Positions 52,896 through 64,000 of a stretch of 64,000 bases of DNA are shown here, one piece after another. This DNA comes from an uncultured Planctomycetota bacterium (lineage in GTDB: Bacteria; Planctomycetota; Planctomycetia; Isosphaerales; Isosphaeraceae), in NCBI GenBank assembly GCA_963737655.1, contig CAVTTN010000002.1, forward strand, positions 7,456,001 to 7,520,000. The letters are read 5' to 3'. Below the pieces are notes generated by a model, which saw only the letters and a list, made by a program, of their open reading frames with translations, had not been told where the DNA came from and did not search any database. How positions within the stretch are numbered: position 1 is the stretch's first letter; every line of letters begins with the position of its first letter. Both the position numbers and the translations under genes were made by a program.

Positions 52896-54037
52896 ATCCC
52901 TCGGACCGCGACCGACCGATCGCCGTGGTCCTGACCGGCTCGGGCCGAGGGGCGATCTCGGTGGTGAAGGTCTCGGGCCCCGGCTCCGTCGAGGTGAGTG
53001 ACCGGGCGTTCCGGCCGTCGCGAGGGGCTTCGCTCGGATCGACCCCGGCGGGCCGGCTCCGGCTCGGGCGGGTGGGACATGGCCTCGGCGATGAGGTCGT
53101 CGCGGTGATCGTCGGCACCGACCCGCCGGCCGTCGAGATCCAGGGACACGGCGGCCCCGAGGCGGTTCGAATGGTGCTCGACGCCCTGGAAGAGGCCGGG
53201 GCCGTCGTCGTTCGTTCGACGGGTCCGGGCCGGACGATCCGCGAGAAGGCCGAGGAGGCGCTCGCCCGATGCCCGACCCTTCGCGCGGCCGATGTCCTGC
53301 TCGATCAGGCCTCCGGGGCGCTGGAGGAGGAGCTTCGCGAGGTGGATCGGTCCGCGGCCTCGGACCCGCCCGCCGCCCTCAGGCGGCTCGACCAACTTCT
53401 CGATCGAGCGTCGTTCGGAATTCGCCTGCTGGAGGGCTGGCGGGTGGTGCTCTCGGGACGGCCGAACGTGGGGAAGAGCCATTTGCTCAACGCCCTGGCC
53501 GGCTACGAGCGCGCGATCGTGTCGCCGACGGCCGGGACGACTCGCGACGTGGTCACGATCGCGACGGCCTTCGAGGGGCTGCCGGTCGAGCTGGCCGACA
53601 CGGCCGGGTTGAGGCCCTCGGAAGATCCCGTCGAGTCGCTCGGGATCGCCGCGGCGAGGGGCCGGCTCGCCGGCGCCGACCTGGCGTTGCTCGTCCTGGA
53701 CCGTTCCGAACCGCTGACCGTCGAAGACCATGCCGCGCTCGCCGCGCTTCCCTCGGCGCTTCGAATCGCCAACAAGGCCGACCTGCCGCCGGCCTGGTCG
53801 GCCGAGTCGATGGGCGCGGTGGCCGTCTCGGCCCGGACCGGCGAGGGGATCTCGGACCTCGTCCGGGAGATCGTCGCCCGGCTGGCGCCCGAGCCTCCGC
53901 CGGCCGGGTCGGCCGTGCCCTTCGACGAGGAGATCGTCGCCCAGTTCATGGCGGCGAGGACGAAAGTGGCGGCGGCGCCGGGATTGGTGTTGGATCAATT
54001 CTTCGCGGCGAAAAAATGCTCCGAGACTGCTCGGTAG
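52892..54037 (+). CDS. Short MnmE/TrmE-like GTPase
   Basis: VEIQGHGG, GRPNVGKS, GTTRD, DTAG, NKAD, VSARTG. Confidence 0.82.
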   Translation: MNPSDRDRPIAVVLTGSGRGAISVVKVSGPGSVEVSDRAFRPSRGASLGSTPAGRLRLGRVGHGLGDEVVAVIVGTDPPAVEIQGHGGPEAVRMVLDALEEAGAVVVRSTGPGRTIREKAEEALARCPTLRAADVLLDQASGALEEELREVDRSAASDPPAALRRLDQLLDRASFGIRLLEGWRVVLSGRPNVGKSHLLNALAGYERAIVSPTAGTTRDVVTIATAFEGLPVELADTAGLRPSEDPVESLGIAAARGRLAGADLALLVLDRSEPLTVEDHAALAALPSALRIANKADLPPAWSAESMGAVAVSARTGEGISDLVREIVARLAPEPPPAGSAVPFDEEIVAQFMAARTKVAAAPGLVLDQFFAAKKCSETAR

Positions 54038-54158
54038 AAAGCCCCAGTGAGAACGAGTAGGTCCGACTTCAGTCGGGCCTGCGAAACAAGGGTTTTTTAG
54101 GCCCGACTGAAGTCGGACCTACTCGACCCCTTTCCGTCACCGGGGTCTTCTACGGAGC
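54029..54158. mobile_element. MITE-like wrapper B with REP doublet
   Basis: GCTCGGTAGAAAGCCCCAGTGA ... TCACCGGGGTCTTCTACGGAGC. Confidence 0.8.
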
Positions 54159-54191
54159 CATCTGACACGATTTCGGTGATTCCGGCCCCGA

Positions 54192-57100
54192 TTACTTTCG
54201 GGCCGGCGGCGGGGGAATCCTCGACAGGTCGGGTCCGGCGGCGGGGGCGGGGGCGTCGAGGTCGAGCTTGGCGTCGTCCCGGGTCATGCTGGCGGGCGAG
54301 CGGTTAGGTTCCCAGGGCGTGAGGAAGCGGGCGTCTCCGTGGATCGGGGCGTCCTCTCCGGGGGCGACGGCCACGAGCCAGGAGGGGCGGTCGAACCGGA
54401 CCGGCAGCATGCCGGGCTGGGCGGTCTGGTCGCGTCGATAGGTCTCGATCTGGTGATAGACGACGCCGTGACCCTCCCACTTGACCTGCTCCCGGAGGGC
54501 TTCGAGGCCGTCTTGACCGTCGATCCGGACGAGCGGGCCGTCCTTGGAGTTGGTGGCGAGGATCGTATCGCGGGCGACGACCTCGCAGGTGGGCAGGTCC
54601 GGCTCGCCGGGGGCGCTTTCGAGCTGGACGAGGCCGCCGGCCAACCTCGCGGTGACCTGGCGAAGGGTGACTTTCAGTGGTTCGGTCGTCGCCCCTCGGG
54701 GCAGGCCGTGGCCGTGGACGAGGCTGCCTCCGGCCCCTAGCACGCAGTTCGAAAGCTCGACATCCAACCTCCGACCGGCGGCGACGTCGAGGATGTCCCC
54801 TCCGCCTCGAAGCAGGCAATCGGTGGCGCGGACCTGGGCCGAGCCCGGGGGCATGGCGAGGCGGTCGCGGTCGGCCGGTTCGTCGCTGGCCAGGACGAAC
54901 GCGACGGCGGATTTCGGCCGATTTCCGGGGATCGTGACCGTGCAGCCCTCCAGGTTCAGCTCGGCCCCGGCCCGGACCGCGAAGGCGCCCAGGCGCCATC
55001 GGCCGGGGCGTCGGCGTCGTCCAGGACGAGGTCGATCCCGCGAAGCTCCAGGCTTCCCGATCGGACCCGGAAGAGGCTCGGGCGCTCGGCCGGGCGTTCC
55101 GGGTCGGGCGCCCCGGGCTTGAAGCGGAGGACCGGCCAGGGCGCACCCGGCTCGGCCTGGAGGACCCATCGGCCGGGGCCTCGGATCTCGATCGAGGAGA
55201 CGGCCAGGTCGGCCCCTCCGGCGATCTTCAGGACGCCTCCCTTGCTCGCCGGCCGGTTCAGGGCATCGATCAGGGCGTCGGCCGTCCGGAGGGCCTCGAG
55301 ATCGGGCGGATTGGCTCGTTCCTTAACAGGGGGGTCGGCGACGACGGGGGGCGGACCGGGCTTCTCGTCGAGGGCCGGCGGGGGGCCTTCGGCCGGGTCG
55401 CGTTCCATCGGTGCCATGGGCTCGACCGGGGGGTCGTCATCGCGGGCCATCGCCTTGGGGGGATCGGCCTTCGGGGCCGCGGTCTCCGCCGGCATCGGCC
55501 CGCTGGGGAGCGAGACGAGCGGTCCGGCGGCGACGGTCTTGCCGGGCTCTCGGTTCGGGTTCGCGGGCGGACCGCCGAGGATCGCCGGTCGGGGCGGCCC
55601 GACCGGTCCGGCAGGCGCGGCCTTCGGGCCCAGCGCCAGGGCGTCCGAGGCGATCAGGATCGGGCCGAACGGGCCTCGCCGCGCGCCCTGGTCTCGCAGG
55701 GGCCGTTCCCCGGCTTCCAGGGCGAAGGAGGCCGAGGGGTCGGCCCGGGCGATCAGGCCGAACGGGTCGGCCGAGGCCCAGACCGGTCCGTCGGCCTCGA
55801 CCGAATCGACCTCGCGGAGCCCCCGAGGGTCGTCGCTCCACGAGGCGAAGTCGTGGATCGTCGCGTCGTCGGGCCCTTCGCGAGACGGCTGGAGATAGGT
55901 CACGATCCCGTGGTAGAGGTTCGACCGGCCTCGCCAGTCCAGCCGATCGGGGTCGTCCACCGCCACGAGCGTGGCACCTCGCTCCAGCCCCGTGGCCACG
56001 ACCGATCCGTCGACCCTGGCTCGAACCGTCGCGCGGGTGGCCTTGAGGAACGGCCCTCGCCCCGGACGCGCGGAGATGTGCTTGAGCGTCAGGTCGATCG
56101 TGGGCGGGGCGAGCCCCCCGGGCCTTCGATGAGGAAGCTCGGGCCGTCGGCGCCGAAGGTCGAGTCGCGAACCTGGACGTCGGCCGCCCCCTTGGCCCGG
56201 ACCCCGACGGCCCCGCGATCGACGTGCGAGGCGTCCACCATCAAGGTCGTCGGCGGGGCGTCGGCCGGGCCCGGCCCGAGTTCCACGGCCGTCGGCCGGC
56301 TGGGGCCGAGCCGCAGAGGCGCCGTGCGGAACAGGCAGCGGCGGATGGTCAATTCGGTCCCCTCGGCGCGGATCGCCGAGGCCGGGGAGTCGGCGTCGCC
56401 GACCCGGAACTCGATGCCCTCGATCGCCACGACGCCCGGCCCGAACCGGAGGATCGCCGAGTCGGTCGAGGAGGGCGAGCCGCCCCGGACCCCTCGGATC
56501 GTCGGTCGGGCGTCGGCCCCGGCGCGGATGGTGAGGTCCCGGCGGCCCGTCGCCGGGGGCGGGGCGGCCTTGAGCTCGTAAGGCCCGTCCTCGGTGAGGA
56601 TCAGGGTCGAGCCCGACGGCTCTCGGGCCAGGGCGGCGGCGAGGTCGTCGGTGGGCTTGAGCGCGACCTCTCTCGGACGGGCCCTGGGCCGAGGCGGGGC
56701 GGCCTCGGCGGCCTTCGCCGTCGCGGCCTTCGGCACCGTCTCGACGACGGGCGAGGGCTTCGGCTCGGCCGGCTTGAGCGTGGACGGCTTCGGCGAGGTC
56801 GCGACCATGGGCTCCACCGGCGGAGGCTCGAACGGCTCGACTCCCGGCTGCCCCCAGATCACCAGCGAGCCCACGACCAGGGCCAGGGCCGCGGCCGGGA
56901 CGCCCCACACCAGGTGCCTCTCCCACGCCGGAGGACTCGGCGGGGCCATCCACACCAGCCCCTCCGGGCTGAGCGACCGCAACCCCATCGAGCCGGCCAC
57001 CGTCAGCAGGTCGCGGACGAGCAATTCGGGCGTCTGATACCGCCGGTCGCGGTCCTTGGCCATCAGCTTCAAGAGGATCGCGGCGAGGTCCTCCGGCACG

Positions 57101-57993
57101 CTCGGATTGACCGATCGCACGTCCGGGGGCGGCTCCTCCTGGTGCTGGAGGAGCTTCTGGAGGACCGTCCCTTCGGGGAAAGGCGGCCGTCCCGTCAGCA
57201 TGTGAAAGAGCGTGCATCCGAGCGAGTACAGGTCGCCCCGGACGTCCACGTCCCGGGGGTCTCGGGCCTGTTCGGGGCTGATGTAGTCGAAGGTGCCGAG
57301 GGTCATCCCGCTCTGGGTCAGGCCGTCGTCCTCGGTCCCTCGCTCGAACCGGCGGGCGAGCCCCATATCGACGAGCTTCGCGCGGCCCTGGGGCGTCACG
57401 ATGATGTTCGAGGGCTTGATGTCGCGGTGGACCACGCTCCGTTCCGAGGCGTGGACCAGCGCCCCGGCGACCTGGAGCGTGTAGTTGATCGCCTCGTCGA
57501 CGCGGAGCGGGCCCTTCTCGGCGACTCTCTGCCGGAGAGTGGTCCCCTCGATGTACTCGAAGGCGATGAAGTGATAGCCCTTGTCCGTGCCGATGGTGAA
57601 GACGCGGGCGATGTTCTCGTGATCGAGCCGGGCGGCGGCCCGGCCTTCCTGGTAGAACCGCTGGACGACCTCGCCGTCGGAGGATTGCTCGGGCGGGAGG
57701 ATCTTCAGGGCCACCTCCCGCTGGAGGCGGCCGTCGACGGCCAGGTAGACGGCCCCCATCCCGCCGATGCCGATGGCCCGGACCAGCTCGAACGACTCGA
57801 TCCGGTCTCCGGCACGGGGCAGGGGGAGGGCCTCGGCCCTCCGGCCGAACGACGACTCGGAATCCCCTTCGACCTTGCCCCCGGTCCGGACCGTGGGAGG
57901 GTCGCCGGCCGGAAGCGGCGAGGGATCGGCCGGGCGCCACGATCCGGTGGCGTCGGGCACGAACCCGGAGATCTTCGTCTTCGAATCCGGCAT
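54192..57993 (-). CDS. Large membrane Ser/Thr kinase with extracellular beta-helix-like region; frameshifts near 56110 and 54990
   Basis: IGIGGMGAVY, HRDIKPSN, DMG, GTFDYISPEQ, TM. Continues in the frames of ORFs 54956 and 54192. Confidence 0.8.
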
Positions 57994-58160
57994 CGGCCGA
58001 CTCTCTCGGGCCGAGGGAGCGGTCTCCCTGGTGCAATCCCTTGCAGTTCGCGATGAGGCGACGGGGTCCGCGCGAACGATGGGCCAGAGGGCGCGGAGAT
58101 CCCCTGAGCGACTATATGCCGACCCCCCCGCCGGTGTCAACCGAGGCCGGACCCGCCCCC

Positions 58161-58320
58161 AGGGCCGTTTCTTTTTCGGTGGAAGATTCTTCCGAAGGGT
58201 TTCGGGTGGCACGGGTTCCGTCTTCGGAACCTGTGGGACGGACGCCACGGGTTCCGAAGACGGAACCCATGCCACCCCAGATGCTTCCGGCCGAACGCGC
58301 TCGGAGAATGAAAGGGCCCT
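58161..58320. mobile_element. MITE-like wrapper E with GTGG REP doublet
   Basis: AGGGCCGTTTC...GGGTGGCACGGGTTCCGTCTTCGGAACCTGTG...CACGGGTTCCGAAGACGGAACCCATGCCACCC...GAAAGGGCCCT. Confidence 0.78.
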
Positions 58321-58408
58321 GGGCCGTTGCCTCTCCGTGGCGATCGTGCCACAATGAGGGCCTTGCCTCCCGGACCCACCCGCTCCTTCTCGCCGATCGA
58401 GGCCCTCG

Positions 58409-59682
58409 ATGCGTGTCTCCTCGACCACCCGCCGGACGTTCTTGATGCAGACCGGGGCCGCGGCGGCCGTCGCGACGGCCGCGGACCTCGCCTCCGTCGC
58501 CCATGCCGCCGGCAGCGACACCCTCCGCGTCGGCCTGGTCGGCTGCGGAGGGCGAGGCACCGGAGCCGCCGAGCAAGCCCTGACCGCCGACCGGGCCACC
58601 AAGCTCGTCGCCATGGGCGACGCCTTCCCCGATGCCATCGAGGGCAGCCTCTCCTCGCTGAAGTCCTCGGGCGTGGCCGATCGCGTGGAGATCCCGGCCG
58701 ACCGCAAGTTCGTCGGCTTCGACGCCTACAAGAACGTGATCGACAACGTCGATATCGTCCTGCTGACGACCCCGCCGCACTTCCGGCCCATCCACCTGGA
58801 CTACGCCGTGAAGAAGGGCGTCCACAGCTTCGTCGAGAAGCCCGTGGCCACCGACGCGCCGGGCGTCCGCAAGGTCCTGGCCCTGATCGAGGAGGCGAAG
58901 GGGAAGAACCTCGCGCTGGTCTCGGGCCTCTGCTGGCGATATCACCAGCCCCGCCGCGAGACGATGAAGCGCGTCCTGGACGGCTCGCTCGGGCCGGTCG
59001 TGGCGGTCGAGACGACGTACAACTCGCGAGGGGTCTGGGAGCCCAGGCGGACCCGCGAGCAGGTCGGCTCGGAGATGGAGTCTCCAGATGAGGAACTGGT
59101 ACTACCACTGCTGGCTCTCGGGCGACCACATCGTCGAGCAGGCCGTCCACGGGATCGACACGATGGCCTGGGCCCTGGGGACGAGCCCCGGTCCGCTGCA
59201 TCGCCTCGGGCGGGCGGACGGTCCGCACCGACGAGAAGTACGGCGACATCTGGGACAACTTCTCGGTCCTGTACGAGTACGCCAACGGCGCCCGGGGCTA
59301 TCACAACTGCCGACACTGGCGCGATTCCGACCCCCGGGTCGAGGACTTCGTGCTCTGCCCCAAGGGCCGGGTGGACGTCTTCGCCAACAAGGTCGACGGC
59401 GAGGCGAAGTGGCGCTATCGCGGGCCCAAGACCGACATGTACCAGGCCGAACATGACGAGATGTTCGCCTCGATCCGCGCCGGCAAGCCGATCAACAACG
59501 GCCTGTATGCCGCGAGGAGCACCCTCCTGGCGATCATGGGCCGGATGGCGGCGTACACCGGCTCCTACGTCACGTGGGAGATGGCCCTCAACTCGATCGA
59601 GAACCTCGGGCCGAGCGAATACGCCTGGGGCGACGTCCCGAAGCGGGCCGTCCCCAAGCCGGGGGTCACGAAGTTCGCCTGA
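58409..59682 (+). CDS. Tat-exported Gfo/Idh/MocA oxidoreductase; frameshifts near 59082 and 59180
   Basis: TRRTFL, GLVGCGGRGTGA, TPPHFRP, EKP, MRNWYY, SGDHIVEQAVH, AIMGRMAAYTG. Confidence 0.87.
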
Positions 59683-59724
59683 GTGGAAAATGGGGTCGGA
59701 TCAATAGGAAAATTGAGCCGACAT

Positions 59725-59864
59725 GTTCCGTAGAAGACCCGATTCGCGGAGGCCCAACGAGTCGGTCCGACTTCAGTCGGGCCTACAAAAGCGTCTTGTT
59801 TTGTAGGCCCGACTGAAGTCGGACCGACTCGATCCCTTCCCATCACCGGGGTTTTCCACAGGGC
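59725..59864. mobile_element. MITE-like wrapper B with REP doublet
   Basis: GTTCCGTAGAAGACCCG...doublet...CCGGGGTTTTCCACAGGGC. Confidence 0.78.
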
Positions 59865-59901
59865 CGATCCGCCGCCGGTTTCCCGCCCTCACGCCTTGTC
59901 C

Positions 59902-61611
59902 CTACGCCCGTCCCACCCGGCGGACGACGTCGCGGAGCCTTCGGGCGTCGATGGGCTTGGTCAGGTGGGCGGCGAACCCGGCGTCTCGACACGCGGAGAC
60001 GTCGGCCTCGGCGCCGTAGCCGGTCAGGGCGACGGCGGGGACTCCGTGACCGGCGGGGAGGCGGCTCAAGAGCTCGATTCCGGAGCCGTCGGGCAGCCCG
60101 AGGTCACTCAGGATCAGGTCGAATTCGGAGGGCCTGAAGGCGGAGAGGGCCGACGCCACCCCCTCGGCCGAGACGACGCGATGGCCGTCGGATTTCAGGA
60201 GCCGGCCGAGGACGGCGATCGTGGCCGGGTCGTCCTCGACCAGGAGGATGCGGAGGGGGCCGGAGGCGGACCCCTCGGCCTCGGGGGGCGGACCGGCTTC
60301 CGGGCTGATCCGGGCCGAGCGGACGGTGGGGATCTCGATGGCCAGGCGAGTGCCTTTGCCCGGTCCGTCGCTCTGGGCGGTGATCCGGCCGGCGTGGGCC
60401 TCGATCACCGATCGGCTGATCGCCAGGCCCAGGCCTAGGCCGCCCCCCCGTGGCCCTCGTTCGGGGCCGGGGACCTGGACGAACGCCTCGAAGATCCGGC
60501 TGAGGGCCTCGGGATCGATGCCGATCCCGGAGTCCTCCACCTCGACGACCAGCCTGGGGGCGTCGCGACCGTCGGGCCTCGCATTCCGGGAGCGGACCCG
60601 GATGAAGCCGCCCGCCGGGGTGAACTTCACGGCATTCTTCACCAGGTTCCAGACGACCTGCTGGAGCCGGGCCGGGTCGGCCTCGGCGTGGTGGTGTTCC
60701 GCCTGGAGCTCCACCAGGAGCCGCAGGCCGCCGGCATCCACGTCGGCCCGGCAGATGTCGATCGCACGATGGATCAGGGCGTGGACGTCCACGAACTCCG
60801 GGGCGAGCCGGAGCTTCCCCTGGCCGATCCGGGTGATGTCCAGGAGGTCGTCGATCAGGCGGGATTCCAGCTCGATGTTGCGGCGGACCATCTCCAGGAT
60901 CGGCAGGAGGGCCTCGGGGGTGGACGGATCGTCGATCAGGGTGGACGTGGCGAGCAAGACGGGGTTCAGCGGGGTCCGCAGTTCATGGCTGAGCATGGCG
61001 AGGAAATGGTCCTTGGCGCGATTGGCGGCCTCGGCCTCGGCCCGGGCGGCCCGCTCGCGTTCGAGGAGTCGGGAGCGGTCTTCCTCGGCCCGGCGGCGCT
61101 CGGCGATCTCGGCGCGAAGGAACTCGTTGGCGTGCGCGAGCTCGGCCGTCCGCTCTCGGACGCGGATTTCCAGCTCGTCGCGGACCCGTCGCAGCGCGTC
61201 CTCATGGCGGGCTCGTTCCAGGGCGAACCGGATCGAGCGTTCCAGGACCAGCGCGTCCAGCCGTTCCTTGGGCACGTAATCGGCGGCGCCGGCCTTCATG
61301 GCTTCCACGTCGGTCGAGCGGTTCCCCTGGCCGGTCAGGAGGATCAGGGGCTTGCGGCAGCCTCCGGCCCGGGCCTCGCGGATCAGGTCCAGGCCGCTGG
61401 TGGGCCCGAGGTGGTAATCGACGAGGTAGACGTCGTGCGACTCCGACCGGATCGCCACCAGGCCCCGGTCGTACGACGCGGCCCAGTCCAGGGCGAACCG
61501 GCCCCAGGGGATCTCCTCCAGGAGGTCCCGGGTCAGGACGAAGTCGTCCTCGTCGTCGTCCACGAGCAGGACGCGGAGAGGCTCCGCGGACGGGTCAGTC
61601 GCGGGGCGCAT
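59902..61611 (-). CDS. Hybrid histidine kinase REC-HisKA-HATPase-REC
   Basis: LLVDDDEDD, SHELRTPL, NAVKF, DSGIGI, GLGLGL, LVEDD...SDLGLP...KP. Confidence 0.92.
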   Translation of the reverse strand: MRPATDPSAEPLRVLLVDDDEDDFVLTRDLLEEIPWGRFALDWAASYDRGLVAIRSESHDVYLVDYHLGPTSGLDLIREARAGGCRKPLILLTGQGNRSTDVEAMKAGAADYVPKERLDALVLERSIRFALERARHEDALRRVRDELEIRVRERTAELAHANEFLRAEIAERRRAEEDRSRLLERERAARAEAEAANRAKDHFLAMLSHELRTPLNPVLLATSTLIDDPSTPEALLPILEMVRRNIELESRLIDDLLDITRIGQGKLRLAPEFVDVHALIHRAIDICRADVDAGGLRLLVELQAEHHHAEADPARLQQVVWNLVKNAVKFTPAGGFIRVRSRNARPDGRDAPRLVVEVEDSGIGIDPEALSRIFEAFVQVPGPERGPRGGGLGLGLAISRSVIEAHAGRITAQSDGPGKGTRLAIEIPTVRSARISPEAGPPPEAEGSASGPLRILLVEDDPATIAVLGRLLKSDGHRVVSAEGVASALSAFRPSEFDLILSDLGLPDGSGIELLSRLPAGHGVPAVALTGYGAEADVSACRDAGFAAHLTKPIDARRLRDVVRRVGRA

Positions 61612-62050
61612 CGGGCAACTCCACGATCTCCAGCCAGTATCGCCCCAGGTCTCGCATCACCTCCACCAGCCCGGCGAACGTGACCGGCTTGGTGATGAAG
61701 GAATTCGCCCCGAGCTCGTAGGACCGAAGGATTTCGGCTTCCCCCGCCGTCGTGGTCAGGACGACGATCGGGATGGATCGGAGCTCGGGATTGGTCTTGA
61801 TCTGGCCCAGGGCTTCGCGGCCCCCCATCCTCGGCATGTTCAGGTCCAGCAGGATCAGGCCGGGCCTCGGCGAGTCGGCCGGAGCGGAGAACGGCCCTCG
61901 GCGTTCGAGGTACTCCATGAGCTCCTCGCCATCGTGGACGAATCGCAGCTCATTGGCCACGCGGACCTCGCGAAGGGCCTCGCGAGTCAGGAGGCGGTCG
62001 TCCTCGTCGTCGTCGGCCATCAGGATCACGACGCGCTCGGTCCGGCTCAT
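61595..62050 (-). CDS. Single-domain response regulator (Rcp1-like)
   Basis: MADDDEDD, ILLDLNMP, VLTTT, SYELGANSFITKP, YW. Confidence 0.93.
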   Translation of the reverse strand: MSRTERVVILMADDDEDDRLLTREALREVRVANELRFVHDGEELMEYLERRGPFSAPADSPRPGLILLDLNMPRMGGREALGQIKTNPELRSIPIVVLTTTAGEAEILRSYELGANSFITKPVTFAGLVEVMRDLGRYWLEIVELPDAPRD

Positions 62051-63254
62051 GGGCGCGATCCCCCGGTCGGGGGCTCCAGGGGGAGCCGGATCAGGAACGT
62101 CGAGCCGGAGCCCTGGACGCTCCGGGCCGAGAGCGACCCGTGGTGCCTCTCGACGATCTTCCGGCAGATGGCCAGGCCCATGCCCGAGCCTTCGAATTCC
62201 CCCCGGCCGTGGAGCCTCTGGAACATGGTGAAGATCCGCTCGGCGTACTTCTCGTCGAAGCCGATCCCGTTGTCTTCCACGACGATCTCGCAGAGGGGCT
62301 GGGCCGGAAGACCCCCGATTCGGTCAATGTCGCCTCGGCCGAGGCCGGCGGCGGCTCGATCACCCGGGCCGAGACCCGGATCACCGGGGGGACGCCCGGC
62401 CGGTGGAACTTCAGGCCGTTGCCGATCAGGTTCTGCAGCAACTGGCGGACCTGGAGCGGGTCGGCGCGGATCGTCGGCAGGGGGGCGAGCTCGACCCGCC
62501 CGCCGGTCTGCGCGATCCGCCCTTCCAGGTCCTCGACGACCCCGGCCGCCACCTCGTCCAGGCTCACCGAGGAGAACGGCTGGGCCTTGGTCGAGATCTG
62601 CGAATAGGCGAGCAGGTCCTCGATCAGGACCTTCATCCGGGCCGCCGCGTTGACCATCCGCGCGAGGTAGTCGCGCCCGTCATCCCCCAGGGCCGGGCCG
62701 CACCGGGACGTCAGCCGGTCGCCGAACGCCTGGATCTTCCTCAGGGGTTCCTGGAGGTCGTGCGAGGCGACCATGGCGAACTCCCGAAGCTCGCGGTTGC
62801 TCTGCTCCAGCTCTCGGGCGAACATCTGGAGCCGCTCCTCGGCCTTCAGCCGCTCGTCAATCTCTCGGCGAAGCTCCGCGGGGCCCCGGAGCGACAACGC
62901 CTTGGGGATCACCGGGACCAGCGCCACCACCGTCGCCACCGAGATCACGGCCGTGATCGCCTTGAGGAGACCGGCCAGCCGGTACAGCGGCGTGTAGAAG
63001 ACGACCACTTCCATGAAATGCGTGAATCCACACCCAATAATAAACGCACCGAAGAGGACGAACATCCAGGAAAACGGCAAGTCCTGCCTCTTTCTCGCGA
63101 ACGAGACGAGGAGGATCGGGATGGCGACGTAGGCCATCCAGATGGCGGCGTCGGAGGCGTTGTGGAGCTGGACCAGCTCGTCCGACCACCCGCCTCAGTG
63201 CCGTCGGGGCACGAAATCGGAATGATCGAACAGCTTCGCGAAGAATTCACCCAT
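62047..63254 (-). CDS. Histidine kinase with ETR1-like ethylene/Cu-binding TM domain; in-frame TGA at codon 20 and frameshift near 62310
   Basis: SDAAIWMAYVAIP, FGAFIIGCGFTH, ASHDLQEPLRKI, NGLKF, EDNGIGF, GMGLAIC. Confidence 0.85.
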
Positions 63255-63500
63255 GCGGCTCGCCTCTCACCGGGGTTCCGGCCCGGCCTCGGCGAGGTCC
63301 CGTTCGCGGACCCCCATCCACCATAGTTCAATCGTCGAGCGGAGGATAGGGCCCTGCCGTTCCGGGCCTCGCCGATTCCTCGCCTTTGGATCGGCCAAAG
63401 CACGCCCGATCCGTCTCAAAAATCCCGGACGAATTGGAGACCGCCTCTTCGTCCGCGAGATGCCCCTCCCCGGCTCGTCCCGGATTCCCACGCTCCGCCC

Positions 63501-64000
63501 TCAACCGTCGGTCGCGATCGTCGCCGAGAGCACTGGCGGCTGGCGGAGGGTCTGGAGGACCACGCAGTACCTCTCGGTGAGCTTCAGCAGCGTGGCGAGC
63601 TGGTCGGCGGTCGCCTCCGTCTTCAGGGAGAAGCGTAACCGGATGGACTGGAACCCGACCGGCGCGGTTTTCTCCACGCCCAGGGTGCCCCGGAAGTCCA
63701 GGTCGCCTTCGGCCCAGACGCTCCCGCCCTCCACGGCGATCCCCAGGGCGGTGGCCACGGCCCGGAGCGTCACGCCCGAGCAGGCGGCCAGGGCTTCCAG
63801 GAGCATCTCGCCGGAGCAGGCCCAGGAGCCGTCCCCGCCCGCCGCCGGATGCAGGCCGGCGTCGATCAGGGCCCGGCCGGTCTCGACCCGGCAGGAGATC
63901 CCCTCGGCCCCGAGCTCGCCTCGGGCCCTCATCGTGACCACGGCCGAGGCCGGGTCGTCGCGATACTTCGCCTTGATCGGGGCCTGCAAGGTCCGGATCG
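63501..64000 (-). CDS. OsmC family protein (5' end probably outside window)
   Basis: AGLHPAAGG, CSGEMLLEALAAC, GDLDFRGTLG, TERYCVV. Confidence 0.9.
   Translation of the reverse strand, partial: IRTLQAPIKAKYRDDPASAVVTMRARGELGAEGISCRVETGRALIDAGLHPAAGGDGSWACSGEMLLEALAACSGVTLRAVATALGIAVEGGSVWAEGDLDFRGTLGVEKTAPVGFQSIRLRFSLKTEATADQLATLLKLTERYCVVLQTLRQPPVLSATIATDG

Overview
GC-rich bacterial chromosomal window. Gene content (rpmA-obgE-coaX cluster, ECF-sigma/Ser-Thr kinase pair, PPC, FG-GAP and EF-hand secreted proteins) points to a Planctomycete, probably Isosphaeraceae-like; this is an inference. It holds about 44 CDS and tRNA-Ser(GGA). These include an AtuA/acyl-CoA carboxylase/carbonic anhydrase/thiolase catabolic cluster, an accessory region (33-50 kb) with a nitrilase relic and a transaminase-free phosphonate cluster (PhnZ-like HD protein, FAD oxidoreductase, phnX, ADH, DUF5690 transporter), and a three-gene two-component operon. 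About 14 single-base frameshifts, two of them in essential obgE, look like long-read errors. Highlights: (1) an ethylene-receptor(ETR1)-like histidine kinase with all seven ligand-binding residues and an in-frame TGA at a probable Cys position, followed by a bSECIS-like hairpin; (2) five REP families, two of which sit as doublets inside larger terminal-inverted-repeat MITE-like wrappers; (3) GTAG tags of these repeats supply the stop codon of five genes.
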